Below are positions 35,867 through 48,549 of a DNA stretch of 64,000 nt, one piece after another. The first letter of the stretch is position 1. Every line of letters starts with the position of its first letter. The position numbers were made by a program, and so were the translations under genes. Below the pieces are notes generated by a model. The model saw only the letters and a program-made list of their open reading frames with translations. It made no database searches and was not told the DNA's origin. The stretch comes from Paragordius varius (taxonomy: Eukaryota > Animalia > Nematomorpha): assembly GCA_964247055.1 (NCBI GenBank), contig OZ176056.1, positions 4,712,001-4,776,000 on the forward strand, in the 5' to 3' direction.

Positions 35867-38800
35867 ATGATCAAATATTCTAATTATACAATTTTTATCA
35901 TCGGTTTTAGTATTCTAACATGGAACATTTGCCAAGGTATATTACATGTATTTTTCACAGAAACCGATAATAAAACTTATGGGATATATATATATGGTTC
36001 ATTCCTTTTGAACATCATTTAAGAATAACAGTTGTTAAAATCCGTAATATAATGATAAAGGATAATTAAATACAATTAAATGAAATTATAAATAGAAATT
36101 ATAAACGATATGTGAAACCCTTCGTCAATAGTAATCGCAGACTAGTTTCGTGCTTGTTAGCACTCATCAGTACGACACAACTATTTGACTTGGAGTTTTC
36201 ACATATCGATTTCGTATATATATCCAACTTTGCAATTTTTCTATTTATAATTTCATTTAATTGTATTTATTTATCCTTTATCATTATATTACGGATTTTA
36301 ACAACTGTTATTACAAAACATAACCAATCCGTTCATTACCATTACAATATCATCTTTATCTTATGTTTCTTATCATAATAGAGTGCCTCTTAGTTAAATT
36401 GATTTCTATGAAATCCCTAAGTAGTTATACTCTAAATCTAGGCTCACCCTAGAGTTAATTTTCAGTTTATTTTCAAATTTTCAGTTTAATTTTCATAAAT
36501 TACATTAAATTTAATTTAAATTCGTATAACCAACTGCATTTATACCAAAATTGCAAAGTTGGATATATATACGAAATCGATATGTGAAAACTCCAAGTCA
36601 AATAGTTGGGTCGTACTGATGAGTGCTAACAAGCACGAAACTAGTCTGCGATTACTATTGACGAAGGGTTTCACATATCGTTTATAATTTCTATTTATAA
36701 TTTCATTTAATTGTATTTAATTATCCTTTATCATTATATTACGGATTTTAACAACTGTTATTACAAAACATAACCAATCCGTTCATTACCATTACAATAT
36801 CATTTAAGAATAGTTAATATCTATTTTATCGCCTTTCAATTTAAAAGTTAGTTTTTGAAAAGATGCATATAATTAAAAGTCTTATATAGGGAGGGAAGGG
36901 GAGTGCATGATATTTACAGTAATATATTTAAAAATGAGTTTGCGAAACAGCATAGGCAAAGAAAATATTATTAGCTTGAAGTTATTTTTCAATTTTAACA
37001 TTGAACAATAATAATGCTCTCAGAGGCTATCAGGTATTTTTATGAAAAACTAGCATACAGTTTTAAAAATAATTGGAGGGTGAATACGTATTATTTTTGG
37101 TTTTTTTCCTGCTTTGATAAATATTGGCCGATCATGTATTTTTTATGCCACATTTGCAAACATTATATCGAATCCGAATTTTTTCAGTTCGAGTTGTAAA
37201 TCAATTGGCTTATTCATATATATTTATTGGTGTAGACCAGGTGTGTTCAACGCAAATGACTTGCCTTATTTTTAGCTCAAAAAATTCGTGGGGCCGCATT
37301 TGAAAATTCTAGAGGTTTATAACATAAAAAAGACTGTAAAAAATGAAAAAAATATATACTAATTATTTCAAATTTCTTCTAATTGGTTGGAATCAATAAA
37401 TTTGTTTAAGAAATTCAATTTTATTAAGAATTTGTTAGCATATATTTGCGGGTTCTTAAAAGAGTATTTAATATAACTTGTTAAAAAAAATTTGGACCTC
37501 ATGTTGGACACCCCTTACAAAATGATTTTAATTCCAGTTCATATGTTTTTTAAAAAAAATTAGATACGGTTTCAATATGAGGAAATGGCTCTAATTTAGA
37601 TTACATTTTTAGAAACATATCCGAATTTCAATTAAAACGTAAAATATGTCTCTAAATAAATATATTACCAAATAATATTATTTCATCCATGCATATTTTG
37701 ATGATTTATACAATAAGATTTACAATGTTTTTTTTATAAAGGACAAAATAAATTAACTTGTTATAAAAATGTTTTTGACAATTGTTTAAGACCGTCGTTC
37801 TGGAATTAGTACCGTTACACAATATATATTATTTATTTGCCATCAAGCCATTTATTTATTCTAGTTTTACAAAAAAAATTAGGGTTTGATCACAATTAAA
37901 TATTGGTTGTTATGTTTCCATTCTATTATTAAACTGTATATTTAGGGCAAGACGGTTTAGCTGGTCGCTTAGCAGGCTTCACTAACCCAATAATTATCAC
38001 TACGGTCACAAGTAGTATGTTTTTTTTTAGCTTTTATTACAATAATAATTCAGCTGTATACCCACATACATTTAATATGAAAATATATATACAATTAATT
38101 TAGATATATCTACTTTACCATCTTTGACCCCTGATGCAATCTTTCCGACAAACCCATCTCCTTTGTCGTTTAACTTTCAACCCCTGCCTGTGTTTGATAC
38201 TAACCCTAATCAAAGCACTACCAAAGTAGATAACTCACAACGACAAAACAATTCCAATTTTTTAATACCTATTTCAGCGGGTTCCCAATCTCAAAACTTC
38301 TTTTTGACGCTTAAACCTATCATTGATCGGACTAACCGGGTAAAACTATTCATAGCATCAAATGGGACTCATATGGACATTCAAAGCTTCCCTCTTGGGC
38401 CAGATGGGAAAGAGATTTTGAGCAGTGAGCTTGGTATGTCTTTCCCTCCACAAGGCACCAAAGAGCTGTTAACAATAGATGATGCATTAGATAAATATAA
38501 TTTAACTCAACTCGATGACGGTATTCAAGATAATATTTCAGACGAAACCAATGAACCCGATACGGGTAATATTAATCCAGGAGTTAATACACCACCAATC
38601 TTAATTGTATCGACTTTAAGTGCCGGAAAAGATGTATTTGCAAGTAGCAGTCAGGTGTTAGTACAGAACAATGCTAATTTCTTTACAAAAAACATTATGT
38701 CACCAAGAATAACAGTTCGACCGCCAATTTTGATTGATACAACGTCACCTTTAGTAAATCGATTGGTAAATGGGGATAAAAAAATATTTTTTGAAACGAA

Positions 38801-41800
38801 CGATGCCGATAATCTAAGTTCCTTCATCATTGATAATATGAATAACCGGTATATTAGCAGTGTTTTACAAACCAGTGTTCAACAAAATCAGAATGATAGT
38901 TTACTTATTTTGCTCAAACTTAATAATGATTCCGTACCAAACAGTCGTATAATAGGTTATAATTATAAATATTATTTAACATATTTGATTTTGGGTTAAG
39001 ATTTTTAAACCTATTATAAATAAATTTCTCACCAATATTAAGTGTAAATCTTTAAATAAAATTTCAGCACAGAAAATAAAATGTTTTTTCAATAAATTGC
39101 GTGTTTTGATCAATTTTTATCGCAGTTCAATGTCAATTACGGTTAACATAATTTTATTTATATTCTTACTTTATGATTCATTAGGAAGTTTGGGACTTAA
39201 CGGATTGCAAGATTTGGCAGTTCAAGTACCATTCTTTCCGGAGAATTTTTTTAATAGCTCACCTGTATCAAATATTCCATTTACCACTATTCCAAACGAC
39301 TTGACATTCGCTCCCCAGATTACTCTAAAGAGAGAATTAATTAATGGAAGCAATCCTACAATAAATATTACAAAACCATTTTTTTCAACCAAAGTCGCAG
39401 ACACTGCAAAAGTGGCCATTAAAACTAAACCAAATTACTATGAGCTAAATTTTACCATTGTTGAGGGTCTGAATTTCAGTGCAGAGTTGTTGGATCCATG
39501 GAGTCAAAAGCATAAAATGCTTAGTAATTATTTGGAACCATTGGTATGATACAATTTTCTACTTTTTCAAATATAATTAATGACTATACATATACATATA
39601 TATATATATATATATATTTATTTAGGTTGAAAAAAGTTTATCGAATCGTTTAAATAAGAGTGTCCATGTGCTGGAAACCGAATATAGGTATGATCTATAA
39701 AAAAATTGGATTGGGGGTACGTCTACTTTTTTTAATTAAGGTTAATTTATATATTTATAATGCACAATCTCAACATATATACTACATGTTTTTTACACGG
39801 TAAAAACAAACGTATCGGTTCGAATTCTATTGCTTTAAACAAATAAATTATCATAATTTATATATTTTTAACATAAATTGGATAAAAATTAATAAATGCT
39901 TAAAATGGTACCGATTAAAATAAATGTATATTATAGTTGGAGAATGTGAATAATTAATTAGTAAGACTTCAGGTTGCATTCGGCAAAAACCTGACATTTA
40001 TTGATTATAAAATCAGCTGTTTAGTTCAATCGTTTTAGGCAGGTGTCCCATTCGGAATTTAAAAGTTATAAAAACCTGTAAATAGAAGCTTTTTTAATAC
40101 AGGAGGACAATGTTGGTAAATTTTAATTAAAATATCCCTCAAAACAATAGTCTATTTTGAAGATTGAACTCTGGGATTAAAACTACGCCATTGTGTCATC
40201 GCGGACACAAAAGTGGCTATGTCATAAATGTTAAAAAAAATTTCAAAGCTACTAGTTGCAATTTCATATATGAGGAATCGTTATTAATTCGATAAAAGTG
40301 AATGAATAAAAAAAATCTGTATATTAATCAGTAAATATACACAGTATACAAAATCGGGGGTCATGAAAAAATATCTTGATGAAATAAATATATTCTGATA
40401 GAAAAATGTATTAGGATTATCATGCTCCTTTTGGTTTTGACTCTTACAAGTGATATAGAAAAGTTATTTACAGGTGCTCAGTAAATGGAAAAATTTGACC
40501 ACATTTTTTGAAATATTTTTTTGATGAAAGCTAAATGCTTCATTCTAAAAAACACCACTAAAATATATCATAAACTATTTATAAAAAGTTAAACAATATT
40601 TTAATTTTTAGATGTGGGCTCCAAAAGTCCAAATTTTTTCGATCTTCTAAAACGGGCTGGGTCTTTTAAAATAAAAGCAAGCCGGAATTCCGCAATAAAA
40701 TTTTTAAATTTATGCTATTGAGAAAAAATTTTTTTTCAAAAAATTCATATTTTTAGAAAAATTCAATCAAAATTTTGTTGGAGCGTAGTATCTACTATTT
40801 TTAGGCATGGAAACGATAAAACGCTTTTAGATATTGTAAAAACACCTTTTTACATAATTTGATGATGCTGAATATTTCTATCGCTTCAGAATTATAATTT
40901 AAGAATTCGTTTAATTTCTTTTGGTGAATTTTATATAAAAACACAATTTATATTTGACATAAATTTGAAGACAAACCAATATTTTGTTCAAAATTCTGAG
41001 GTGATAGAAATGTTCAGCATCATCAAATTATTTAGAAATAGTGTTTTTTATAATATCTAAAAGTTATAACGTTTTCATGCCTAAAAATGGATGACGCTTC
41101 AACAAAATTTTACTAAAAATAAAATTTTTGTACAAAGTATTTTTTTTAAAAAAAAATTTTTGTTTTCAAAATTTAACATAAATTTAAAAATTTTATCGCG
41201 CAATCCCGGCATTTATGCGCTTATTTTAAAAGAGTTGGGCCATTTTAGAAGCGTAAAAAAATTTCGGTCTTTGAGCCCACATATAAAAATTAAAATTGTT
41301 TGGATATATTGTTTTTTCATTATGACATTTTAGTAATATTTTTTGGAATTTACATTTAGCTTTCATCAAAAAAAATTTGTTACAAAAAATATGCTCAAAT
41401 TTTGCCGTTTTCCGATATGTAGCACTTAGCACAAAAGTGTAATTTCTTATTACACTCATAAGCCTTAAAACCATGAACACCATGAGACTGATACATTTTC
41501 TATCTTAATAAATAGATTTCATCATGAAATTTTTTGTACACCGTGTATATTTAAAGCTGAAATATTTAAAATACCGTTATAATTAATTATTCTTAATATA
41601 AATTATTTTTATTAAAAAAATAACATTATAAACACTTCAGAATATATCATAAACCAAATATACCATTAGAACTTTACGAGTCTTATATTTTAGTTGGTGT
41701 TTAAACTTTTTATGTTTGGATTTAACCATAATTTTTGCATGTATTTTTTATTTTATTATTTTTAACCTAGTTTCCATTATTTATTAATTTGATTTAAATT

Positions 41801-44207
41801 AATATTTTTCATTAAACCATTTTTTTGATTTCAAACTAATTTTTTTCGAACAAATAATAAGTTTAAATGTTTTTAAAGTAAAATTGTAAATAATAAACCT
41901 AAAAAACTTTTATTGTTCAAATTCCGTAATAAAATCTTATAGATACTTAAAATATTTTTTAAAAGTTTAATCAAGATATACGGCTTCTGAATGATTATAA
42001 GTTAACTTTTTAAAATGTAGAATAATTAAAAAATAGATTAAAAATAATTAATTATATGATTAATACGGTTTGATTTATATGACAAAATGAAAATGTATAA
42101 AAACCAGCTTAAACTGTTCATAGACACTCTTAAAGTGCAAATGGTCTATATTTAATCTGTTATGAGTAATGACCTTACTATAATTATTCTATTTTTTGTC
42201 TTTCAAACCGATAGTTTATTAATAGCCACACAAATAAAAGTATTTAAAATTTGATGCATGGTGCAACATATCTATATTTTGTTATAAAATTAATAGCAAA
42301 GGGAGTGTCCAAGTTAAAATGATATTGGACGTTCCATCTGTCGTCGATAATATAGCACTTGCTAAATCTCCAAATAATAATAAAACTAACATGCCTTTTA
42401 ATTCAACAGCCGAAGCATTCTTAATAGCTGATAGTTTTAACCAAAGTTTAGCGGACAACAATTATACGCTTGGTCAACGTTATCGCATATCTCCTCAACA
42501 GATTTCAGTTAAAGGTTGATTTCAATTGTTATATTATATATAATTATATTCGATCAATTTAGAATTTGTGCCGGGTCTACCACATCGAACAATTTTTCCC
42601 GCCTACAAAGCAACAGCCATTGTGATCGGTATCCTTGCATTTCTCCTAGTCTTAGCAGTTATTATTGTGCTGGTAATTTAGATTTTTAATTAAATATCAC
42701 ATCTCCTTAGTTATAAATACTTTTTCAATAATTACAATCCGTTTTTTATATTTCTTTATCGTTGATACACTATTCCCTATTAAATTTATATAGATTTTGG
42801 CATTGCAGCAAACAAAGGAAGCTTGGAACGTGTTACCTGTTAAGGGGCTTAATTATTATACAGGTGGCCGGGGTTATAATCATAACTTTTACGCCACAAC
42901 TCAGCAAAAAGATGTACCTGTTTATAATAATAACCATCAGCGTAACAATACCACACGCAATTATCAGGGTCCAATAGGCATGCGAAGCAATACAATTGAT
43001 ACTAATGAAGAAAATGATTCTTTTGATGAGAATGAAAGTAGTCAGCCCGGACAAATAAATAATAACCAGAGTGCCGGTCTTCCAGTTGGTAATCATCGAT
43101 ACAGTCCCAAGAGAATCGAAATTGAAAATGGAATTTTGGTGTCATCTACCAGTCATCGCGTTCAGAATCGTAGCTCAAAACAACAGTCCTTTGGGAAACA
43201 GAAAACGCCTCCAAGTGACATTGAAGGTCGTGGGAGAACTGGTGGTCCATTTATGCATTCGACATCACAAAAACCTAATGTTAAGGAGGTTTAATATTTT
43301 AATTTAAAAAATTATTAACATCATATATTTTGACTTTTAAAATAATTTCGTTTAAGACTGGTTTAAATAAATTACAACAGATAAAATGTTTTAACGCTAT
43401 CACAAAAACTATCTAGAAGCAATTTTTAAGATTAATAATGTTTTATTTTATTATATTGTTAAGTAAATCTCTGATAAGATTTGGAATAACTGTTAAAATT
43501 TTAAATTTTACCTAGAAAGGAAGGTGCAAACATATATTAATATAATATTAATATATATATAAAGATATGAACTCAATTTTTGCATCTAGTCAGATTTTTT
43601 TCGATTTAAAAATAACAAACGGGTACTGCTTTTAAATACTGACTAAAATCATATATATGGAAAAATAAAAACAATGGTGTAAATTACAAATATATTGATA
43701 AGACTAACATTTTTCTCTAAACAAAATTTTTTTCTATATTTTACCACTGCAATTAACTTGGTCATTTTTACGTTATAAATTTTGTATTAATTGTATTTAT
43801 AACTGGTTAGATCCAACTCTCTATTTACATAATATAATGTTTGTATTTTTCAGCCATCCTTGGGTTCTATCTTATCTCGCAGGGATAGCACCGGCCTTAG
43901 CGGAATCATTGGAAAGAGTCCATTCGTAAGGGATGACATTACTAACAATAACTACAACAATACTAATCGGTTTAACAATATAAACACCAATGGGATATCA
44001 AAAAACATGAGTAAGAATAAAAATAATTCAAATATTAGCAATGACGATCTTTACATTAATATGCCTTCCAAAAATCCTAATTTCAAAGATCAGAATAACA
44101 AGAGCGATGTAGGTGATATAGGAAAAACCGCTTCATCTAGCAAAAATGCACAGAAAAATATTACTAAATCTATCCCTAACTCTGCTCGTTCCAAATTTAG
44201 CAATTAA
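35867..44207 (+). CDS. SEA-domain type I transmembrane mucin-like protein, 862 aa. Exons 35867-35936, 37946-38014, 38104-38955, 39185-39543, 39626-39687, 42297-42514, 42563-42672, 42794-43288, 43854-44207
   Basis: All introns are GT-AG and phase-consistent; 2589 nt. Signal peptide MIKYSNYTIFIIGFSILTWNICQG. N/S/T/P-rich ectodomain with many NxS/T sequons. SEA-like YELNFTIVEGLNFSAELLDPWS ... YSKGSVQVKMIL. TM helix AIVIGILAFLLVLAVIIVLILAL. Long Asn/Ser/Lys-rich cytoplasmic tail. Confidence 0.85.
36014..36812. repeat. Templated local rearrangement (216-bp inverted repeat plus 116-bp and 14-bp direct repeats) in intron 1 of the SEA gene
   Basis: 36024-36239 is the reverse complement of 36547-36762 (1 mismatch). 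36238-36353 equals 36688-36803 (1 mismatch). ATCATTTAAGAATA occurs at 36014-36027 and 36799-36812. Confidence 0.9.
40338..41547. mobile_element. Long-TIR palindromic foldback element with Tc1/mariner-like ends (SEA intron 5)
   Basis: TA|TACACAGTATACAAAA left end and TTTTGTACACCGTGTA|TA right end. Arms are imperfectly complementary over most of the length, e.g. GATGATGCTGAATATTTCTATC (40861) vs GATAGAAATGTTCAGCATCATC (~41003). Confidence 0.7.
41659..42150. mobile_element. Diverged copy of the 25073-25643 foldback MITE
   Basis: Degenerate termini TATACCATTAG / GACACTCTTAAAGTGCAAATGGTCTATA; internal sequence colinear with 25190-25600. Confidence 0.6.
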
Positions 44208-44463
44208 CCGCCAAAGAATTTATTTTCCCTTATATTTTAACGCAATGCATTTTAATCATACGAATTTTTTTAAACGTACAACAATAATAATCCATCATTT
44301 TATTAACATTAATTAATTGTATTTAGTCAATTTTCATGTGATTACGAATCTCACTCTCATATTATTTTAATAAATTTATCCATTTTAACTTTAGAGCTAT
44401 TTAAAATCATTCATCATATTGTGCAGTGAAAGAAAGGTTTTTGTCTTTTTAGACTATAATTAA

Positions 44464-45000
44464 CACTTCGATTCAAATTGGGGTATCTAAATACCCCAGA
44501 CTAAATTTAAGTTAGGAATTTTGAAAAACTACTGAAGGAAACGGTCACAATTTAAATTTATGCTTCTATCCTAATAAAATTCATATGAAAAAAAAAGTTT
44601 TATCTCAAACTACTTCGACGCTATTTTTATTTTACAAAATTTTTGCAAAATATTGTCTTCATTTGATTTTAAGGGTAAAAATAAAGCTAATTTTTTATTT
44701 AAATCACATCTAACATTGATAGAAATAGAAAAAGGGGTTTTTTGTATAATTTTTTAATTTTACCATTGCACACATGTCACGTTGACTAAATTCCTTTGGG
44801 TTTTATCCTAAAATGAGTAATATCACGTATTCTTGAATAAATTTTTTTATATATTTTGGTTTATTAATGTTATATAAGTGCAAAATTTGCAATGGTTTCG
44901 ATTCCTTCCATATTTTTTAAAGAATTTGTAAACAGAACTTGGGTATCCAACTACCCCAGTTTGAATCGAAGGACCGAAATGAATGTGTTGTATCTAAGTG
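44464..45000. mobile_element. piggyBac-like MITE, best-preserved copy
   Basis: TTAA at 44460-44463 and 45001-45004. 13-bp imperfect TIR CACTTCGATTCAA / TTGTATCTAAGTG. Internal inverted repeat CGATTCAAATTGGGGTA / TACCCCAGTTTGAATCG is placed asymmetrically, as in piggyBac. Confidence 0.8.
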
Positions 45001-46289
45001 TTAATAGAGCAACTAAATCCAATTTTTATAACCAGCTGATATTAAATCATTTTCATGATGTACTGACCATGAAAATGTTACTTTCATATATCTTTTTTTC
45101 CAAATATTGAGCAGCAAAATTTGAGATGAGGATAATTATATTTTTATATATATATTTTCATAATGCGCCTAAAAGGCGCCACAGAATGTTTTTTAATTTT
45201 CGGCCAGTATTTTTAAGTTTGCAGTCGATCGGTTCAAAAACTATCACATAAATGATGTATCAAGAATGTACTTTGTTGGATTTCTATTACTTCATTAATT
45301 TTCACTTTTCTATGACAGCATATGGTGTGTATTTTGTCCCTCAAATTAAAAAAAGCAATCTTACTCGATATTTTTTACGTAAAACACCAACTATAAATAA
45401 TAATTATTTAAAATGAGGTAACTGATTACACCGACCAACTTCATATTGATATTATTTAGAAACTATCAAAGAAGGCGGTTTAAATTTATGTTAAACTCTT
45501 AGTAATAGGAAGCCATTCTATATTTGTAGGGTGGCTTTTAGATAATTTTAGAAACAAGTAGCCCCATTCGTTTTTAAGTGAAATATTCAAATCATTAATA
45601 GCCAAGGCCATTTTTATATAAGACTCTTGCCCCAACGGCACAATGCTTTTGAATAATAGACCCCTAAAACTCTGAGTTTGAAGCATGTTTCCAAATAACT
45701 TAGAGGCTAATTCAGTTTTACTAATATTTTTCTTTTTTTGGAATCAACCCAGTTTCATCCAGCCGATGTAAAAATGGGATTATTTGATGAAACTATACTC
45801 GTATTTTTAGTGAAGGAATTTTACGCGAATATTAAAGGGATTTGCCGGAAAACTTTTAGGTCTTTTCAAATTTACTAGTTAATTTTGTTTTTTGACAAAA
45901 GCGCCAAGGGTGCCTCCATTTTTTAATACCAACCAGTCATGAACCTCTCTAAAAATTAGGTTTAGTAACAGATTTAAGGCCCAATTCTATATTGGACCAT
46001 TTATATTTTTTTGTTAGAATTTCCACGATTTTGTACCTTCCTCTGAAAAATAAAGTTTTTAATAAACATTATTTTTTTATTTTTGTACTGCTGCTCCAAG
46101 AGCGACATAGATATTAATTTTTAATAACTATTTAGTTCAAACGGTCCCTTAAAACTTGGGTTTTTATAAATTGGTGACGAAAGTATTGTGCGGAATGCAT
46201 ATCAAAATACTTTGGCGCATTTTTATTTAAAAACTTTTTATAAATAGCTATTTCGGGCTAATATTATTCTTTTATTTTAACATTAATTA

Positions 46290-47400
46290 TAAATAGGATA
46301 TAAATAAAACATAACACTAGATAACAAATTTTGACTTTTGTTAACTGCCATCCTTGTAAATTTTAAACTTATATAATTAAAGTTAAATAGTATATCTGTA
46401 AAGAAAATTGGCCTAACACCTAACAATTTTCTTATATAATAAATTTTAACCCCGATTTAACATTAAACTCGAAATTTTCAAAATTAAATTCAGATATGAA
46501 GCCTTGTATTTTATATCATTCGAAAGGCGCGAAAAACTATCTATCAAATGATAGTAAGTTATTTAATTAAATATGATTTAAAAGTTGGTTTATATGGTCA
46601 AAATTTTTCAACCCTTAAATAAGTCAACACAGACAAACTAATTAAAAAATCATATAAATTATTTTAATATATTTTTAGGGATACATTAGTAAAAATTAAA
46701 AAAAAATCTTTGAAAGAGCTTTTGGTTTGCTTTTTTAATATAAATTATTAACAAAATTATTTTACCTAATGCATATTAAAATGCATGGTTATAACTGTAA
46801 ATTCATTACATAATATCTATAAGAGCTGAAAAATACCTTAAATTTTGTTTTTAGCCAATAAATTTTAAAATAAGCCTTTTAAAGAATAAATTTATATTGA
46901 TGAGATAATTTTCTAAAAAACAAAAAACATAAAAATATCTATTTTGAATGACATAAAATAATAAATGTTTTAATCAAAAAACTTTCTTGTGTTATCTTTA
47001 TTGGACATTAATTGCCATCTACACAAAGTCTGAGCTATTTTAATCCATTAGTATTAAAAATATAATAATAAAAAGCTCTCGCTTCGCGCGTTTGTCGCTT
47101 CCTATGTCCAATATTAACTATCGATGTAAAACATATTAGTATGTTTTTTATAAATAGAGTTTTTATTACTCTTTCGAATTATATATTATAAATGGGCACT
47201 GTTGAGTATCAAAGAAAAATATTTTTTAGTAAAATTTACATAAAGAGGGCGCATTCTCAAATTATCAAATAATACAAAATTCTTAGGTGGAATATAAATT
47301 TCATTTAAGACTTACTGCTAAAATGATAGTAAATAACAGAAAATGAAAAAAACTCGAGTGGCAGATAAATTTGTTATCTAGTTTAATTCAGCAAATTTTA
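46290..47400 (+). repeat. Interspersed repeat family R1, copy 2 (boundaries approximate)
   Basis: Colinear with 4240-5300 and with the reverse complement of 62470-63520. Confidence 0.7.
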
Positions 47401-47599
47401 TTTTATCACATGCATTAGGGTGCTGTCTTAGCTCCAATAAACATAAATCCAAAAAAATATAGGGATGAAATATATATTTATTTTGATAGGAAAATGTATA
47501 ATCCTAATGGTGTTTTGATTTCGGCCCTACTAAGATTTAAGAAATAACCTTTTAGTGCCAATTAATCCATGTCAGAAAATAACAAAATTTGCGCATGTT

Positions 47600-48450
47600 A
47601 TGTTAAATTAGTTTTGGAGTTTTATCACAAAATTATCATTAAAATATAATATGAAAAGCAAAACAATATTATGAAAAAATTTTAATTTTAGATGCCCGAA
47701 AGTCTTACTTTTTGGACTCGGCCGAAAGAAAAAGCAAGAGGCTGTGATTGCGCGGTTATATTTTATGTACTAAACTTTTTAAAACAAGTTTTCCCGATAA
47801 AATAAATATTTTGACTAAAAACTTAATTTTTACCAAACTTTTAGGGAAGCGAGTTTTATGACATTGTTATGCGTGGTCGAAACGGTATAAAAACACTTAC
47901 GATAATATGCAAACACCTGTTCTATATAATTCAAATGCTGAACATTTCTATAGCCTCAGAAATTAATTTGATTGTTCGTTTCATTAAAATTCGGTAAATT
48001 CATATATTTACGATAATTAGCAAATTTCCTATGATGATAAAAATGTTTCACATTATATATATAGATAAATTGATTATATCTGAAAGCGCCGTGTTCATTA
48101 TACCCCAAATAGTATGAAGTACGCTTCAACAAAATTTTGCTAAAAATTAAATAATGAGCAAAGTATGCGCTATTTTTAAAACATTTGTTGCCATAATATA
48201 GCTATCGCACTCAGCATGCTTTATTTAAAGTCTAGCCCATTTTAAAAGGCAAAATACCGGTTAAAAAGTAAAAATTTAAATAATTTCCATTATTAAATAT
48301 ATATCATATATTTTAATGATTATTTTTGGAATAGAGCATTCAGCTGTTTCACAAAAATTTTATTAAACCACATGTGCGCTAATTTTACGATATCTGGTAA
48401 ATACGACAATAATGCAATACTTTTAATATACTTGATGTTGATTTAATTAA
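47600..48450. mobile_element. Third, decayed copy of the Tc1-like foldback family (boundaries approximate)
   Basis: Arm motifs ATGCTGAACATTTCTAT (~47936), ACGCTTCAACAAAATTTTGC (48121) and AGCCCATTTTA are shared with 40338-41547. Confidence 0.5.
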
Positions 48451-48549
48451 ATAAAAAATTATATCTCATAATGTTTTTGGTTTTTTACGAGTAATTTTAA
48501 AAAATATTTTCTCTATTCAGCTAATTTTGCAATTATATTACTCGCAAGA

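Noticed and set aside
45400-46060. Slightly GC-richer stretch that looks like decayed coding sequence on the minus strand (includes ORF 45486-45686)
   Set aside because: Stops occur in all frames I read and no family motif was recognised. A tBLASTx/BLASTx search would be needed before calling it a pseudogene.
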